Translations under genes and position numbers: made by a program
Shown: piece by piece, positions 12,124 through 26,274 of the stretch
Layout of the letters: each line of letters opens with the position of its first letter
Numbering within the stretch: the first letter of the stretch is position 1
NCBI GenBank assembly: GCA_964016885.1
Contig: OZ024746.1
Span: 61,256,001-61,320,000 of the forward strand
DNA: 64,000 bases
Direction of reading: 5' to 3'
DNA from: Eledone cirrhosa
Taxonomy: Eukaryota
The notes under the pieces: model-generated
What the model saw: the letters and a program-made list of their open reading frames with translations, nothing else
What the model was told of the DNA's origin: nothing
Databases searched by the model: none

Positions 12124-15100
12124 TCGAGTGGCGCCGGTAAGGTATTGTCAGCCATTGAAAAGAAATATGGAGAGTCGATCTAACAGCACTAGGGTTAGAG
12201 CCCCTAATTACACTGTCAAGGAGCAGCCTGGTCGTTATGACTCTGCTGGCTTAGAGCCACAGAGAGGGCCAGTGGATGATGGATCAGCTGTCTCTGAGAC
12301 AAATATAAAGAATGCAGTTTTGTCCTGCAGAAGAGCCATCAAAATGGGCACTTTGAATGTGAGGACTATTCGAACGCTGGAGAAGAGAGCGGAGTTGGGA
12401 CATCTGTTCGAGGAGAGTGGTATACAGATACTTGCGATCCAAGAACACAGGATTCTACACGATGAGCCCGTGAGGAGTGTGATGATCGGGAGGAAGAGCC
12501 AGCTCATCACTACATCGGCAGTGAAGAACACAACAAATGCTGCAGTAGGAGGAGTGGGTTTTGTGTTCAGTGCAAAAACCAATCTGTTGGTGAGGGAAAT
12601 AATGCCTATCTCCCCGCGAGTGTTGAGGGTGACCTTCAATGGAAACCCAAGACTGACAGTCATCTCAGCCTATAGTCCAACCGAGGGGGACAGTGATGTG
12701 AATGCCGAGGAGTTCCATGAGGAGGTGTGTAGAGCTGTCAACACCACTCAGGCACACAATATCCTGCTTGTTTTGGGGGACTTCAATGCACATCTGAGTA
12801 AGGAGGGCAGTGAAGATCCTTGCTGGTACTTCCATAACAACACCAACCGAAATGGAAGACTACTGAGAGACACTCTGCTGGAGGCGAACTTGATGGCGAC
12901 CAACCTAGGGTTTGGGAAGAATCTGGGGAAGATGTGGACCTACATCTCAGATATGCACCTGTCCAAGTCCCAGATTGATTTCATTCTGGTGAGGAAAAAG
13001 TGGCGGAATAGTGTTCTGAACACGGAACCATACAGCTATTTCAGTACACTGGGTAGTGACCACCGGCTTGTTATGAGTGAGGTCCGCGTGAGCTTAAGAA
13101 AGAGCAAGGCACAGCCCCGGAGAACAATCTATGACTGGGGAGCTTTCAAGGAAGATGATAAGCTACAGGAGATGTTCACAGTGGAAGTGAGAAACAGGTT
13201 TAGTCCTCTGTGTGGAGAGTCAGAGGAGAGAGAGATTGGATGGACTGAGGAGAGTGTGACGAGGAGGTACGGGCACTTCACCAATGCAGTGGCGAAAGCA
13301 AGTGAAACCCTGGTGCCGAGGAAAAAGAACAAAGGGAAGCACGTCAGCTCTGCAAACCCAAAAGTGTGTGCAGCCAGAGAACACCTGAAAGCTGCCAGGG
13401 ACCAATTCTATGCTGATCCTACGGAGGAGAGGATGGAGACTGTGGAGGTGATGAGGGAAGAGCTCTGTACCGCTTACACTAGAGAGGAGGCACTGATAGA
13501 GAAGATCAGAAGTGTGGAGAGAGCGGTTGACAGATCTGGATGTAAGGAGAGCTGGATGATCATCAACGAGATCACAGGGAGGAAGAAAAGGTGTTCGAGT
13601 CAGATCCAGGGAACGGGGCCCGAGGATAGGAAGAGGAAATGGCTAGACCATTTTAGGACCCTACTAGGAGAGCCACCCTCCACAGCCCAGAGCACTGGGG
13701 AGATCAGGCGGCCGTTTGAGGAACTGGATGTTGAGACAGAGCCCTTCACCAGAGAGGAGCTTCAGAGAGCCAAGAAGAAGATCAAGGAGGGCAAGGCTCA
13801 TGGAGAAGATGGAGTGGCATCAGAGGTGATGAAGAGGTGTGATTTTGATGATATCATCCTGGGGTTCTGTAACGGGGCACTGGAGAAAGGAGTTGCCCCG
13901 AATCAGTGGAGGATCAGTAACATCGTCCAAGTGCCAAAGAAGGGAGATCTCTCTAACACCAGCAACTACCGGGGGATCTCGCTGACGTCACTTGTGGCAA
14001 AGACCCTCAACAGGATGATTCTTAACAGGATCCAGCCTGAGATGGAGAAGAAGCTCAGGGACAACCAGAACGGCTTCAGAGAGGGTAGATCAACCACCAG
14101 TCACATCCTGATGCTGAGGAGGATATTAGAGGGAGCTAGAGCAAAGTGCCTTCCTGCGGTCATGGTTTTCATTGACTTTGGGAAGGCCTTTGATTCTGTG
14201 GACCGTTACTGCCTGATGAAGATCTTACAGGCTTATGGAATCCCCAAGAGGATAGTGGACCTGATATCACTGCTCTACACCAACACCAAAGCCCAAGTCA
14301 TTACACCTGATGGGATGACAGAGTTCTTTGAGATACTGGCTGGAGTGCTCCAGGGAGATACATTGGCTCCCTACCTTTTTATCATCGTAGTGGACTATTG
14401 TATGCGCCTTGCACTGGAGAAACACCAGGACTCTGGCTTTACTGTAGCACCGGCTCAGAGCAGGAGAGTTGGGGCGAGGGGGGTGTCGGATGCTGGGTTT
14501 GCCGGCGACATAGTTTTGGTGACAGGTGCAGTGAGGGAGGCGGAGGGTTTGATGCGGGGGGGTTGAGACTGTGTCGATGGGTGTGGGGCTGAGAATGGGT
14601 GAGACTAGGGCAAAATGTCTGGTGGGGAGTGTTGAGAGGCCGGAGGGGATCACTGGTGTGGGTGGGAGGCCGCTGGAATTGGTTGAGGACTTCCTGTATT
14701 TGGGGGCAAGGGTTGGGAATACGGAAGATGATGTGGTTGAGAGGAAGAGCAAGGCCTGGGCGGCGTGTCACAGCTTGAGATCGGTGTGGAAGTCGGACCT
14801 TCGTAGAGACCTGAAAATCCGCCTCTTCATTGTAGTGGAGTCTGTGCTGCTGTATGGGTCTGAGGCTTGGACACTGACCAAGAGACTCACTCAGATGGTG
14901 GATGGGTGCTACACGAGAATGCTGAGGATGGCTCTGAACATTAATCAGTATACACTGAGGATGAAAAACTCAGAGCTGTATGGGAGCCTCCCAAAAGTCA
15001 GCTCAAAAGTGACACAGAGGAGACTGAGGTTGGCTGGACATGCTCACCGACATCCAGAGTTGACATTGCACTCAGTGCTCCTTTGGGAGCCCCTACATGG

Positions 15101-15252
15101 ACACACTAGAAGAGGAAGACCAAGGTTAACATATGTTGATGCCCTAAGGACAGACACTGGTCTGTTGGAGATGCAGGATATGGCAGCGATAATGAGGGAC
15201 AGAGACCGCTGGAGAGAACTCTTCCATGGATCTCGGGAATTTTACCCGCCTT

Positions 15253-15254
<2 letters not shown>
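12124..15254 (+). mobile_element. Near full-length RTE-clade non-LTR retrotransposon
   Basis: Single APE endonuclease-RT reading frame, GC-rich, bounded by (TA)n on both sides. Confidence 0.93.
12167..15254 (+). pseudogene. APE endonuclease + reverse transcriptase ORF, frameshifted at the G7 run 14556-14562, catalytic FADD changed to FAGD
   Basis: Motifs TLNVRT, AIQEHR, SAYSPT, GDFNAH, QIDFILV, SDH; VPKKGD, NYRGISL, QNGFREGRS, GVLQGDTLAPYLF; second frame FLYLG, LLYGSEAW, RRLRLAGH, RGRPRLTY. Confidence 0.92.
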
Positions 15255-15308
<54 letters not shown>

Positions 15309-15321
15309 TTAATTATATATA

Positions 15322-15472
15322 CCGTATTTCCCGGCGTCGAAGACGCTACTTTTTTCCTAAAATAAGTCTCAAAAATCAACCATGCGTCCTGGAGGCCGAA
15401 GGTTGTTTATTATTTTTTTTCAAATTTTGGGTTGTCAAAATTAGGGTGCGTCTTCGGCGCCGGGAAATACGG
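15322..15472. mobile_element. Tc1/mariner (pogo/Tc2-like) MITE
   Basis: TIRs CCGTATTTCCCGGCGTCGAAGACGC / GCGTCTTCGGCGCCGGGAAATACGG flanked by TA. Confidence 0.85.
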
Positions 15473-15732
15473 TAATTAATTAATTAATTAAAGTATGTGT
15501 TACTTTATCACCGGCAATTTTGTGTGCGGAGTAGAGCACTCGACGAAGTACTGAAGTGGGTCTCTTTACTCTGGAGTATAGTTGTAATCATGAATTACAA
15601 GTCAACGGGTTATGATACACTTCATTTATTCATAATCGCTGTTATATATATTTCGGTGATATATACATATTCATACATACATACACACACATGTGTGTGT
15701 GTGTGCATACTTACACACACACATATATATAA

Positions 15733-15785
<53 letters not shown>

Positions 15786-15790
<5 letters not shown>

Positions 15791-15955
15791 AAAAGAGTCA
15801 GGACCCACCCCGACGGCTGAACTCCGGCCGTTTCGACAGCTAAATCCGTTCGGATCTAGCCCAGCCGTCGGGGTCCTGACTCTTTTCCTATTACCCACTC
15901 TACTACCCTAAGTATCGAGTACACTGGTCCACCTGTTTATGGTCCACCTGTTTTT
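15786..15955. repeat. Fold-back repeat with a hammerhead 3' half (same family as 24803-24890 and 26275-26650)
   Basis: 15786-15891 inverted repeat; shared tail TTACCCACTCTACTACCCTAAGTAT. Confidence 0.7.
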
Positions 15956-15972
15956 TTTACAACACTTTCTTT

Positions 15973-16044
<72 letters not shown>

Positions 16045-16353
16045 AAATGTGTGTAATCCTTGGTACAGTTAGGTATATTAAGACAGGGGGGAAGAAAAAA
16101 TGGCTTCACTTGTGCTTTCAACAAATTCATTTTCTTACCTCAGCGTGAAAGGTCGTTCTAAAAACGAAACAATACCTCCTACGTTAACCAAGAACTCCTA
16201 AGACCTAACCAACAACCAACAACTTAATTTATAAAATAATTTTTTTTAAGAAAAAAATTTTTCTAATCCGGAAAAAAATTATTTTTGGATTTTGTGAAGA
16301 AAATAAATTTGTTGAAAGCACAAGTGAAGCCATTTTTTCTTCCCCCCTATCTT

Positions 16354-16507
<154 letters not shown>

Positions 16508-16614
16508 CCACTGAGAAAGTTGACCTCAGTATTGCAAATTAATAAAATACTTGTCACGTTTACAATAACACTACCTGGAGCGATATTGTTTCACCAAGTA
16601 ACACTAAGTAACAT

Positions 16615-16803
16615 TGGTGGATTGGCAGCGTCGGTAGAGGGTCGGACGCCATGCTTTGACGCATAGAGTTACGGCTCTTGCCATTCTGAGTTCAAATCCC
16701 GCCGAGGTTAACTTTGCCTTTCATCCTTACGGGGTCGATAAAATAAAGTACCAGTAATGCACTGGGTAATTGCTGGCCTTGTGCCTAAAGTAGAAACAAT
16801 TAT
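16615..16803 (+). mobile_element. tRNA-derived SINE, family A
   Basis: Full-length plus-strand copy with A/B boxes and family tail. Confidence 0.88.
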
Positions 16804-19488
16804 ATATTAACGTTTCAGTGACCTGGATCATTGGCGAGTAAGTATATTGAACACGGAGACAACGAAATGACATTTATCAAAATATAAACCAGCGATCTCT
16901 TAGTTGGTTAACGAGTTCCTAGTCCGTACACCCATTTCTACTCTAACGAAACAAAATAATTATTGAAATACATTTTGTCTGGACTTTTATCTTTTCTCTT
17001 ATCACATTAACTCGAACGACGCAATGTTACCTATATTTGCAATTAATCGACTTCGCTACCGTGTTTCACTTTCCGTGTAAAGCCATAGAGACAGGTATAA
17101 ATTGACTATTTACCGTTAATCGAAATGTAAGACCTATATGTGAATTTGAAAGAAACTAATATAACAAGCAGCTATTTTATAAGCCTTAGTGATAATTGAT
17201 TCCAGCGTTGAGTTTAATTCAAAATATGTAATAGGAGATTATCACTGTAATGTAGTTAGTTCAGTATTCCATTATCTCGACCATTTCCTCCATATTGGAT
17301 CATAATCAAGATTTAGACATTAGTGATAGTGAAGGTCGAGAAGATAGAGCGACAGTATAAACTCCATGCAGTTTTCATTGTCGTAAAGTCACATTTCAGG
17401 TTGTAATTCTAACTATATCAACTTAGCATTTCATTTTATGTCTTCTAAAGGTGATTAGATAAGTAATCCTTCCTCACAAAATTCTTGACATCAGAAATTT
17501 TTGGTATGATATTTATACAAAAGAAATCATTATTTTTGCAATTTTGTCACCAAAAACTGGGTCTGTGTATGTATTTTCCCCCACATTCCTGAAAAATCAT
17601 TATTGATTTCTAACATTTCATACGTTTTTGATCCTTAAAAAAGCTCAAGACCATTGTTAGCAAATCTGGGATGGTGTTGCTGCATATAAAAATCCATACG
17701 CTGTAAACATAAATAAATTGTTCAGCTTGTTAACAAAAACTCATTCACAAACAAGTTTCAATTTCTATCCCACGCATTCACCGTTTATTTTTTCCGCCTC
17801 TTCTACTGTTACAACAAAGATCTATACTATTTTTGAACTAGTAGGTTACGCACCAACTTCATACAAACACCGTAGATAAACTGGTCTCTTATTATTTTAC
17901 AATCTTCACACTAATGGTTTCTTAACTAGAAATGTATGTCTATGAAGTTCCTTTCCTATCCATAGATTCTTTATATCCTAAAGCTATATAAGTTTATGTT
18001 CGCTATCATCATCACCTCTAAATATCACAGGATTCGAACGGTAAAATAGTGCTACATACTGCCCCCCCCCCTCCACACACACACACACACACACAAATAC
18101 AAAGGAAACCGTGCAAATTAGAAGTATGATTAACCCAACAAAAGGATATTTTCGGAAAATAGAGAAATAGTTAGTCACAACCACATTCTGATCCCCTGTA
18201 GGTATTCCAACTATATAGTTAATATTTTGTTTAACTAGGTTTCTTTTCTCCCTTCTGTCTGCTTCTGCTAAAGCCACGATGAAACATTTTTCTGCTTCTT
18301 TGTATAGTTCACCATTCACAGTTCTGCTATACTTGCTATAGCCAATGACATTCAGATACAACAATCTTGTTTCTAGCTACAAACACACGATATCCTACCG
18401 CCACCGGGAATACACACCATTGATAAACTTGCATCACATACCGATTCTAATATTGTTCATATTTCGACACTTCCTTTCATAGGTTTACTCTATACTATCA
18501 TCCCAAGGTTCCCAGAAACAATCCTTTGTCAAATGAGATTGTTTAATAAGGTCAGGTCGTTATACATATATATACATACAGACATATACATTTACATGAA
18601 TACATACATACATAAATACCTGCACACACACAGGCACACTCACTCACACACACATATTAACATTCATAAAAGGCATATATACATACAGAATCACACACAA
18701 ATGCCTATATATAAATACTATAACTGCGTATGACGGAAGACCATAAACACCGCGGGTCTTATTTACGAATATTCTTTTCTCGCGTATATTTACATAAAAA
18801 TATAAATGCACATATGTAGGCACAGTCATATATCTACGTTATTCGATACCCGTTAGATCCCCTGCATTCATTCGTCAATTGACAGGTTTTAGTTTTCATC
18901 GGACAAAGTAGAAAATAAATAACCATCCTTACCAGGCTTAGAGGGTTTGTTAATTTAGTTGCGGACAACCCAATCCTACCATAACATAATAAGGCTTGTT
19001 TACTAATTGTTTAAAGGTATCAAACATCTAAAGAATGATAATCGTATTGCAAAAATTTGAAGTTGAGCTGCTTCTGTAACACATTTTTATTATTATTTCC
19101 TTTTGGCACTGACCAAGACTAAACAGTCCTCTCGTTGAAGAGATCCGAACATCATGCGCGTCTATGACAATGAAACACCGCCATTTCTGTAGTTTCCACA
19201 CACGAGAGGGTGTACAGAAAGCGTAGTGTTGGCACGATTATCCCGTCGCTCGTGCTGCTGAGTTTTAGATTGATGTGCTACCGGTGTATTGGTCTTGTCG
19301 AATTGGTGTATGTCTTTATCCTGAGAACCCATGACAGTGAAGCTCTATATTTATGAGGGGGAAGTGGAAGGAGGTGTAACAACAAATAATTATAATCGAT
19401 AGCGAGCCGACAACTATCATATGTCTATAAGCAAAAAGATGTTGGTTTATTCGGGGGAAGAGTCAGTTAGACAGTTAGATAAATAGGT

Positions 19489-19523
<35 letters not shown>

Positions 19524-19996
19524 GAAAAGAATGACTTCATTTGTAGTTCTAAACAATTTAATTTTATGTTATAATTTTACAATCTGGTTTTGTAGATCTA
19601 GTAAGTTCTTTATTAACTTCGGTGGGGAGATTTTTAAAAAGATTCTTGGTTAACTTTTCCGGAGAACTTTCTCGCATTCGTCGGTAGCAATTGTCAAACT
19701 GATCTCAGGTTATATATAAATATATATATATATATATATACAGAGAGAGAGGGGATGAGTGGAAAGACAGAGTAATTGAAGCCAGACGAGAGCTTCAGTT
19801 TTCCTCCCTACAATATCGAACACAGGAAAAATCAAGTATTTATCGAAGCTAAAACCTCATCAATACAAAAAAATCACAGATCTGTGAAGTGAAAATGCTG
19901 AGAGCTACAGTGTCACTTTTGAACAAACACGCAGATATATTAACAAACATATTGACCTACACACTTTTTCCGACATATTTGTTGACAAAATTAGTG

Positions 19997-20266
19997 AGAC
20001 AGACAGATTGAACTTCACATGGAATTACTGATTTTGTAAATGTATTCACACGATGATTTATTGAGAATGACTTATTACCAGGCATTTAGATTTACAGACA
20101 GTTAGACCCATTCTTCTTCTTCGCCCACTTATTCCTAAGAAGAAGAAGAATCAACATAACTGTTTATGAATCTAAATATCTGTCAACAAGTCCTTCTCAA
20201 TAAATCATCGTGTCAATACATTTACAAAAAACAGTAATTCCATATATATGGATCAATCTGTCTGTC
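19997..20266. repeat. Degenerate fold-back (MITE-like) inverted repeat
   Basis: GACAGACAGATTGA...CACGATGATTTATTGAGAA vs TTCTCAATAAATCATCGTG...TCAATCTGTCTGTC. Confidence 0.7.
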
Positions 20267-20357
20267 AATATTTTTACTGATTGACAGTCAAACTTTCTAA
20301 TACGTATGTTGACAAATGTATTGACTTATTCACAGTCATGATTGTTGGTGGACAGGT

Positions 20358-20746
20358 ATAATTGTTTCTAATTTTTGGCATAAGACCAGCAATTACCCCA
20401 GTGCATTACTGGTACTTCGTTTTATCGACCCCGTAAGGAAGAAAGGCAAAGTTAACCTCGGTGGGATTTGAACTCAGAACGTAAAGGGCCATAACTCTAT
20501 GCTGCAAAGCATGGTGTCTGGCGCTCTACTGATACTGCCAATCCACCCTGTCAGATATAATTGTTTCTACTTTTGGCACAAGGCCAGCAATTACTCAGTG
20601 CATTACTGGTACTTTGTTTTATCGACCCGTAAGGATGAAAGGCAAAGTTAACCCCGGTGGGATTTGAAATCAGATCGTAAAGGGGCGTGACTCTATGCTG
20701 CAAAGCACGGCATTCAGCCCTCTACCGATACTGCCAATCCACCGCC
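20358..20746 (-). mobile_element. Two tandem family A SINEs (20358-20547, 20557-20746)
   Basis: Two head-to-tail full-length copies. Confidence 0.88.
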
Positions 20747-20903
20747 GATATAATGACATACAGACTTATTCACAGAAAGACATTTCAACAAACATGCAAT
20801 GGCAAACCGAAAATAGATCATAACTTATTTTTCTGACAGTTAAAAAAAAAGCAACCAAAAAAATACAAAAACAAAACAAAACAACGATATGTAAAACACT
20901 TAC

Positions 20904-21342
20904 CGCGGCAAACACCGTATGTTTCGGACGATGTAGACTTCTTCTCTGGAACACACCTAAGTCCTAAGTCTTGGTCACATCGCTTCCGTGTGTCTAAACT
21001 ACATTTCTCCCATGCCATAGCTAGACAACTGCAATCCTCTGGTGAGGGAAGCCTGTTACCTGGGCAACGGGATTTTTTAGGGCTACACTGACTTTGTTCA
21101 TCGTCACTCTCAGTGGGAGCTGGAGAAGTTGCTGTGAAGGTAGCAAATGTCATGGTGGCCATTGTAGATGAATCGCTGGAATGTATCGCATCTTGCTGAT
21201 TCTCCTTATACACTGGGTCTGAATCAGATTCCTTGTTCTCTGAAGCGCCGGTATGTTCCGATAATGAGATATTTAATAGTAATAATAGTAATATAATATA
21301 ATAAAGGGTGAAATTTCGTAGATAAATTATTCGACACATCAT
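20904..21342 (-). CDS. First coding exon of a secreted protein: signal peptide, S/T/acidic linker, divergent IGFBP-like domain (CCN/IGFBP-related)
   Basis: Hydrophobic YYIILLLLLLNISLS; C..CP..DCSC..EKC..RCDQDLGLRC..YGVCR resembles the CCN IGFBP C-half (CDPHKGLFC..GVC); phase-1 GTAAGT donor at 20903; further exons not found. Confidence 0.72.
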
Positions 21343-22387
21343 GTCGGGTAGTCAGCATTTGTTAAAATAACTCATTCAGTTGGAAACCTGCTAGCTGATC
21401 ATGATTGCCAATTCAATTAATTTCATTCCTTGCCTCTTTTTCGATATTAAGTGGAACATGACATAAATAAGAACGGCACCAATAGTAGCAACAGCAGCAG
21501 CAGCAGCAACAGCAACAACAATGGCAACACCAGGTTACCAGTACTACCAGTACCAACAATAACAGCAGTAATAATAGGAACAATCAAAGGTGGTTCTAGC
21601 AGCAACAAAAAGTAAACATCATAACGACCACACCACGATACACGTCAGCTATCAATCATTGAAGAGACAATTGGTAACTCATTGCTCCAGTTTGGCCTAA
21701 CAAGACAAGCAATAATAATAACAATAGTAATAATAATAGCTCCGATAACACGAACAATTTCGGGTTCAATTTTGTAATAAAAGAAAGACACCCCAAAGCA
21801 AAGGATACGTGGGGTGTTCCAAAGGCGTAAAGTTTCCCTGACTGCCAAATCATTTATAAAACAGTATATAACTCGATGCTCTGAAAATACGCCTGAAACG
21901 GTGATAGTGATAATAAGCACATTTTCTGTTTTGAAACGAGGCCTGTACGAATTACATTCTTCTCGTTGGAGCGTCAATGTTTATATTTCGCTCCCATACT
22001 CCCCCGTTTCTCCGGCTTCTCTTTTTATCACTATGCCGATGTGTATATCTATGTATGTATGTGTATGTGGATGTGGATGTATGTATGTGTATGTTTATGT
22101 GTATATGTGTGTATGTATGTATGTATGGGTATGTGGATGTATGTATATGTATGGTTATGTATATACGTATGTGGATGTATGTGTGTGTATATGTGGTTGT
22201 ATGTATATATGTATGTGTGTGTGTATATGTGGATGTATGTAAGTGTATGCTATCTATCCGTTTGTTCGACACTCTGTTTGCATGTCGGTCGTTCGGTGGG
22301 CTGTCTTGTTTATTTACCTTCTTCACTCTTGTTTAAATCTGCCTAAAATTTAACACCTGCCTCTATCTCTCCATCTATCCATCTCTC

Positions 22388-22508
<121 letters not shown>

Positions 22509-22879
22509 CCGTCTATCTATCCAATTATCTCACAGAGCCTCTGTGACTTTCTCTTTTTGTTTTTACTCTCTCCCGGCTCCTCTTTCAGTTTCCTTATTTA
22601 TCATCTTTCCTTGTCCCTCTTTTTTTCTTTTTTTTTCCTTACCCCAATCTCATTTGTTTTCTCAGTCTTTTCTTCGCCTCCTCATAGATCTATCCCAGCA
22701 CCATCTCCAATACAGTTTAAACTGTATAAGTTATTAGTAAAGTTACTTCAGAAAAGCTTTGTATGTACTCATTCCCTCTAATCCACCCTTGTAAAATTAA
22801 TAGTATCTACAGCAAATAGTAATATATAGTACTAAGAAATTGTTACTAGAGTGTAAGATTGGACTTGAGGTAGGGAATT

Positions 22880-22960
<81 letters not shown>

Positions 22961-23074
22961 CTCTCCCACACACACAATCTCTTTGTCATGTTTTGTTGTT
23001 TTAACCTGCTTAATTTTTTTGTACAAACCTGACCAGTCATTCACTACAAATCAGCAGCAAATCAAATTGTTGTT

Positions 23075-23109
<35 letters not shown>

Positions 23110-24600
23110 GGTGGTGGTATTAGTAGCAGTTGTTGTTCTTGTAGTTGTAGGTGGTATCAGCGGAGAAAACGGGTGTTGGTGCTAGTGTTAATATTAGAGG
23201 TGATGTTGACGTTGGGGGTATGGGGCTTGTGGCCGAGTTAGTTGGGTTGTTAGAGTTGTCTAACTCCCAGGCCTGTCCAAGTTGAACAAAGACGTTCCAT
23301 TTGTGATCTCCCTGTCTTTTTAGTGCTATCCAATGGGCCTTTTCTTTATTTTAGACAGTAGCGTATCAGTTGGTAAAGGCGCGTGGCTGAGTGGTTAGAT
23401 AGAGAATTGGATTCGCAATCGTGAGGATGTGAGTTCGATTCCCGGCGATGTGAGTTCGATGCGTTATGTCCTTGGGCAAGACACTTTATTTCACGTTGCT
23501 CCTTCTACCTGGTGTTGCGACCGATAGATATAGTATTTGCAATTGGAAAGACCAATGGAAACATTGTTTCCTCGGTCCGATTTGACGAAAGTCGATCGAC
23601 TGTCGATATCAGTTAAAGAGAATTTGTTTGCTATTACTAGCAAGTCAAGTGACCACTTAGAAGCTACATCATTATCTCGTTAGTGGTGATGTTGTTCGTC
23701 GTTTAGCCCTGTGACATAACTGATTGAGCACATCCACGATCAAAGACAACCTTACCGTGACCACTCCATCTTTTCCCAATGGGCAGTGAACCCAGAACCA
23801 CATTGTTCGGTATTTCTCTTGATTAAAATGGTGTGAAATGATTTGAGGGGTGCTAGACTATTATTTCTAACAGGTTAGACGAACGTGTAGTGGCGTCCAT
23901 ACTGGCTCCATAGTTAGGTTTTGTTGTTGCTGTTGTTGGTACTGGTGACATAAGAGAAGCAGGAAGAACTACAGAGAGAGGGGGAGAAGAAGAAGAAGAA
24001 GAAGAAGAAGAAGAAGAAGAAGAAGAAGAAGAAGAAGAAGAAGAAGAAGAAGAAGAAGAAGAAGAAGAAAGAGAGTGGGAGAGGGAAGGATGAAAGAGGA
24101 GAAAGAAGAGGGGGAGAAGAGTGCAAAGAGGGCAAGAGGGGAGAGAGGGAGGGAGAAAATGTGAGCGCTGTGACGTATTTATGTGCCGCGTATGAGTACA
24201 TCTATCATAAGATGCAAGGCAACTATAACTGTGCTATCTTCTCGTACTTAAAATACTACATTTACATTGTGTCTTTTTTAAAGGCAGCTCAGATGCGATT
24301 TAGCGGGATTTGACTATTGTTTCTAACAGGTACAGCGACCGTGTAAGCTCGTGTTATTGTTATTTTTTATGATGCTGAAGATAAAGGTATTAGTAATATG
24401 TGATTGTAGTATAACTGTGGAGTTGGTCATGGCATTACACCTGGCCATTTCTAATACAGGTGCTAGTTTCTTTTTATGTCGAAAGGTGCACGATAACGGC
24501 AATAATTAATGATGTAGATGTTCGTAGGTTTTTTAAGGGTTATTGAAGCCCTCCATATATATATATATATATATATATATACATGTGTGTGTGTGTGCGC

Positions 24601-24668
<68 letters not shown>

Positions 24669-24765
24669 TCCGAGTTAAATCGGAGGTAACCACATTGAAT
24701 AAGGTACTCAATTCATTATTAGAGTGAAAACATCAAAGATTTAATATAGAAATGACTTCTCCTTT

Positions 24766-24805
<40 letters not shown>

Positions 24806-24887
24806 CGAAGGAATTGTGGTAAGGAACCAGATGGACCATAACGCACCAGAGTACTCAATACTTAGGGTAGTAGAGTAGGTAATAGGA

Positions 24888-24923
<36 letters not shown>

Positions 24924-25017
24924 AAGAAGAAGAAGAAAGAGAGTGGGAGAGGAAAGGATGAAAGAGGAGAGAGGAGAAAGAAGAGGGGAGAAGAGAGGAA
25001 AAAGGAAAGAGGGCAAG

Positions 25018-25055
<38 letters not shown>

Positions 25056-26274
25056 TAGAAAATACTGGATCACTATATATTATATATATTATATATATAT
25101 TTAGGAAGTGTGTCTAGTGTAAACTTTACAGGGTTAAAGATGACTTTGTTGGAAACGAAAAGAAAAGAATACCACAAGAATAGCAATTACAAAAAATAAA
25201 AGCAAAGCACTGGGAAGAAAAAAAGAGAAATAGTAAAGGATACTTCAGGAGAGAAAGAGAGAGAGGGGGGAGGGCGAGGTAGGGAGGCTTCATAGCTAAC
25301 ATATGTGTGTTATTACCGGGCAAATAGTGGGTGGGCCAGTGCTATTTGCAGTGAGTCAGTACTTTACAATATGGCGTCTATCAAACACAATATCCGCCAT
25401 ATTTATTTTTTCCTTGATAGCAATATTAAAACTTCTGGAATGTTTGACGAAGACACGAATATTGTACATAGACCCACAGACACTCAGACACTCGAACTCA
25501 ATAACACTCGGTGGCACGAACGCACTCCCAAACACACTTACACATATACACACCGTACAAACGCATACAGAGAAACATGTTAATTTAGCCATACAGACAA
25601 AAGTACACAGAAAGACACGCATACTTAGAAACTTGCATGTAGAACATTATATAACGACATTTATATTCACAAAAACTCATTAAACCAACATAAGCAACAC
25701 AGCAATACATGATAATGTCACATGTTTTAAAACTTATATAATTGTTTCTTAAATTGGCACAATACCACAAATTTGTATAAGTAGTGTGTTGTAAATATAA
25801 TTTATCTCACTATATGAGACAATTTATTTTATTGCCCTTCGAACGATAATAAGTAAGTTCGATTTCATCTGAATTTGAACTTAGTTGATTGAAACTAACC
25901 ATTCCAAAGCAGATTCTATCCTGCTACTTTGCGAATAACTACATATATACACATGTGTGGAGGCGAGTGACCTAGTGGTAAAGGTTTTGGACTTACCATC
26001 ATAATATTGTGAGTTCGATTGGTTGACTCGGTTGTGTGTTGTGTTCTTGAGCAAAACACTTCATTTTTCCCGTTGTTTCAGTATACTCTCTGCTGAAAAT
26101 GAATACCAGCAATAGCTGGGGATTTATCCCTGCGATGAACTGGCGTCCTGTCCTGGGTGGAGTATTGTACTCTCAGTCGTTTCACGCCGCAGAAACCGGG
26201 ATAAGCACTAGCCTGATGAATCTCCAAGCTCGAGGCAGACTTTAGATTATATATATATATATATATATATATAT

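Noticed and set aside
12056-12166. ORF-track start of the LINE protein at 12056
   Set aside because: The upstream part is microsatellite and another repeat end; the first ATG inside the element is 12167
17984-18364. 126-aa ORF as the VWC exon of the CCN-like gene (TVNGELYKE)
   Set aside because: Lacks the VWC cysteine pattern and convincing splice sites
23378-23460. tRNA-like sequences at SINE heads (also 25957, 54369, 60835)
   Set aside because: A/B boxes only, no closed cloverleaf, and they continue into SINE bodies
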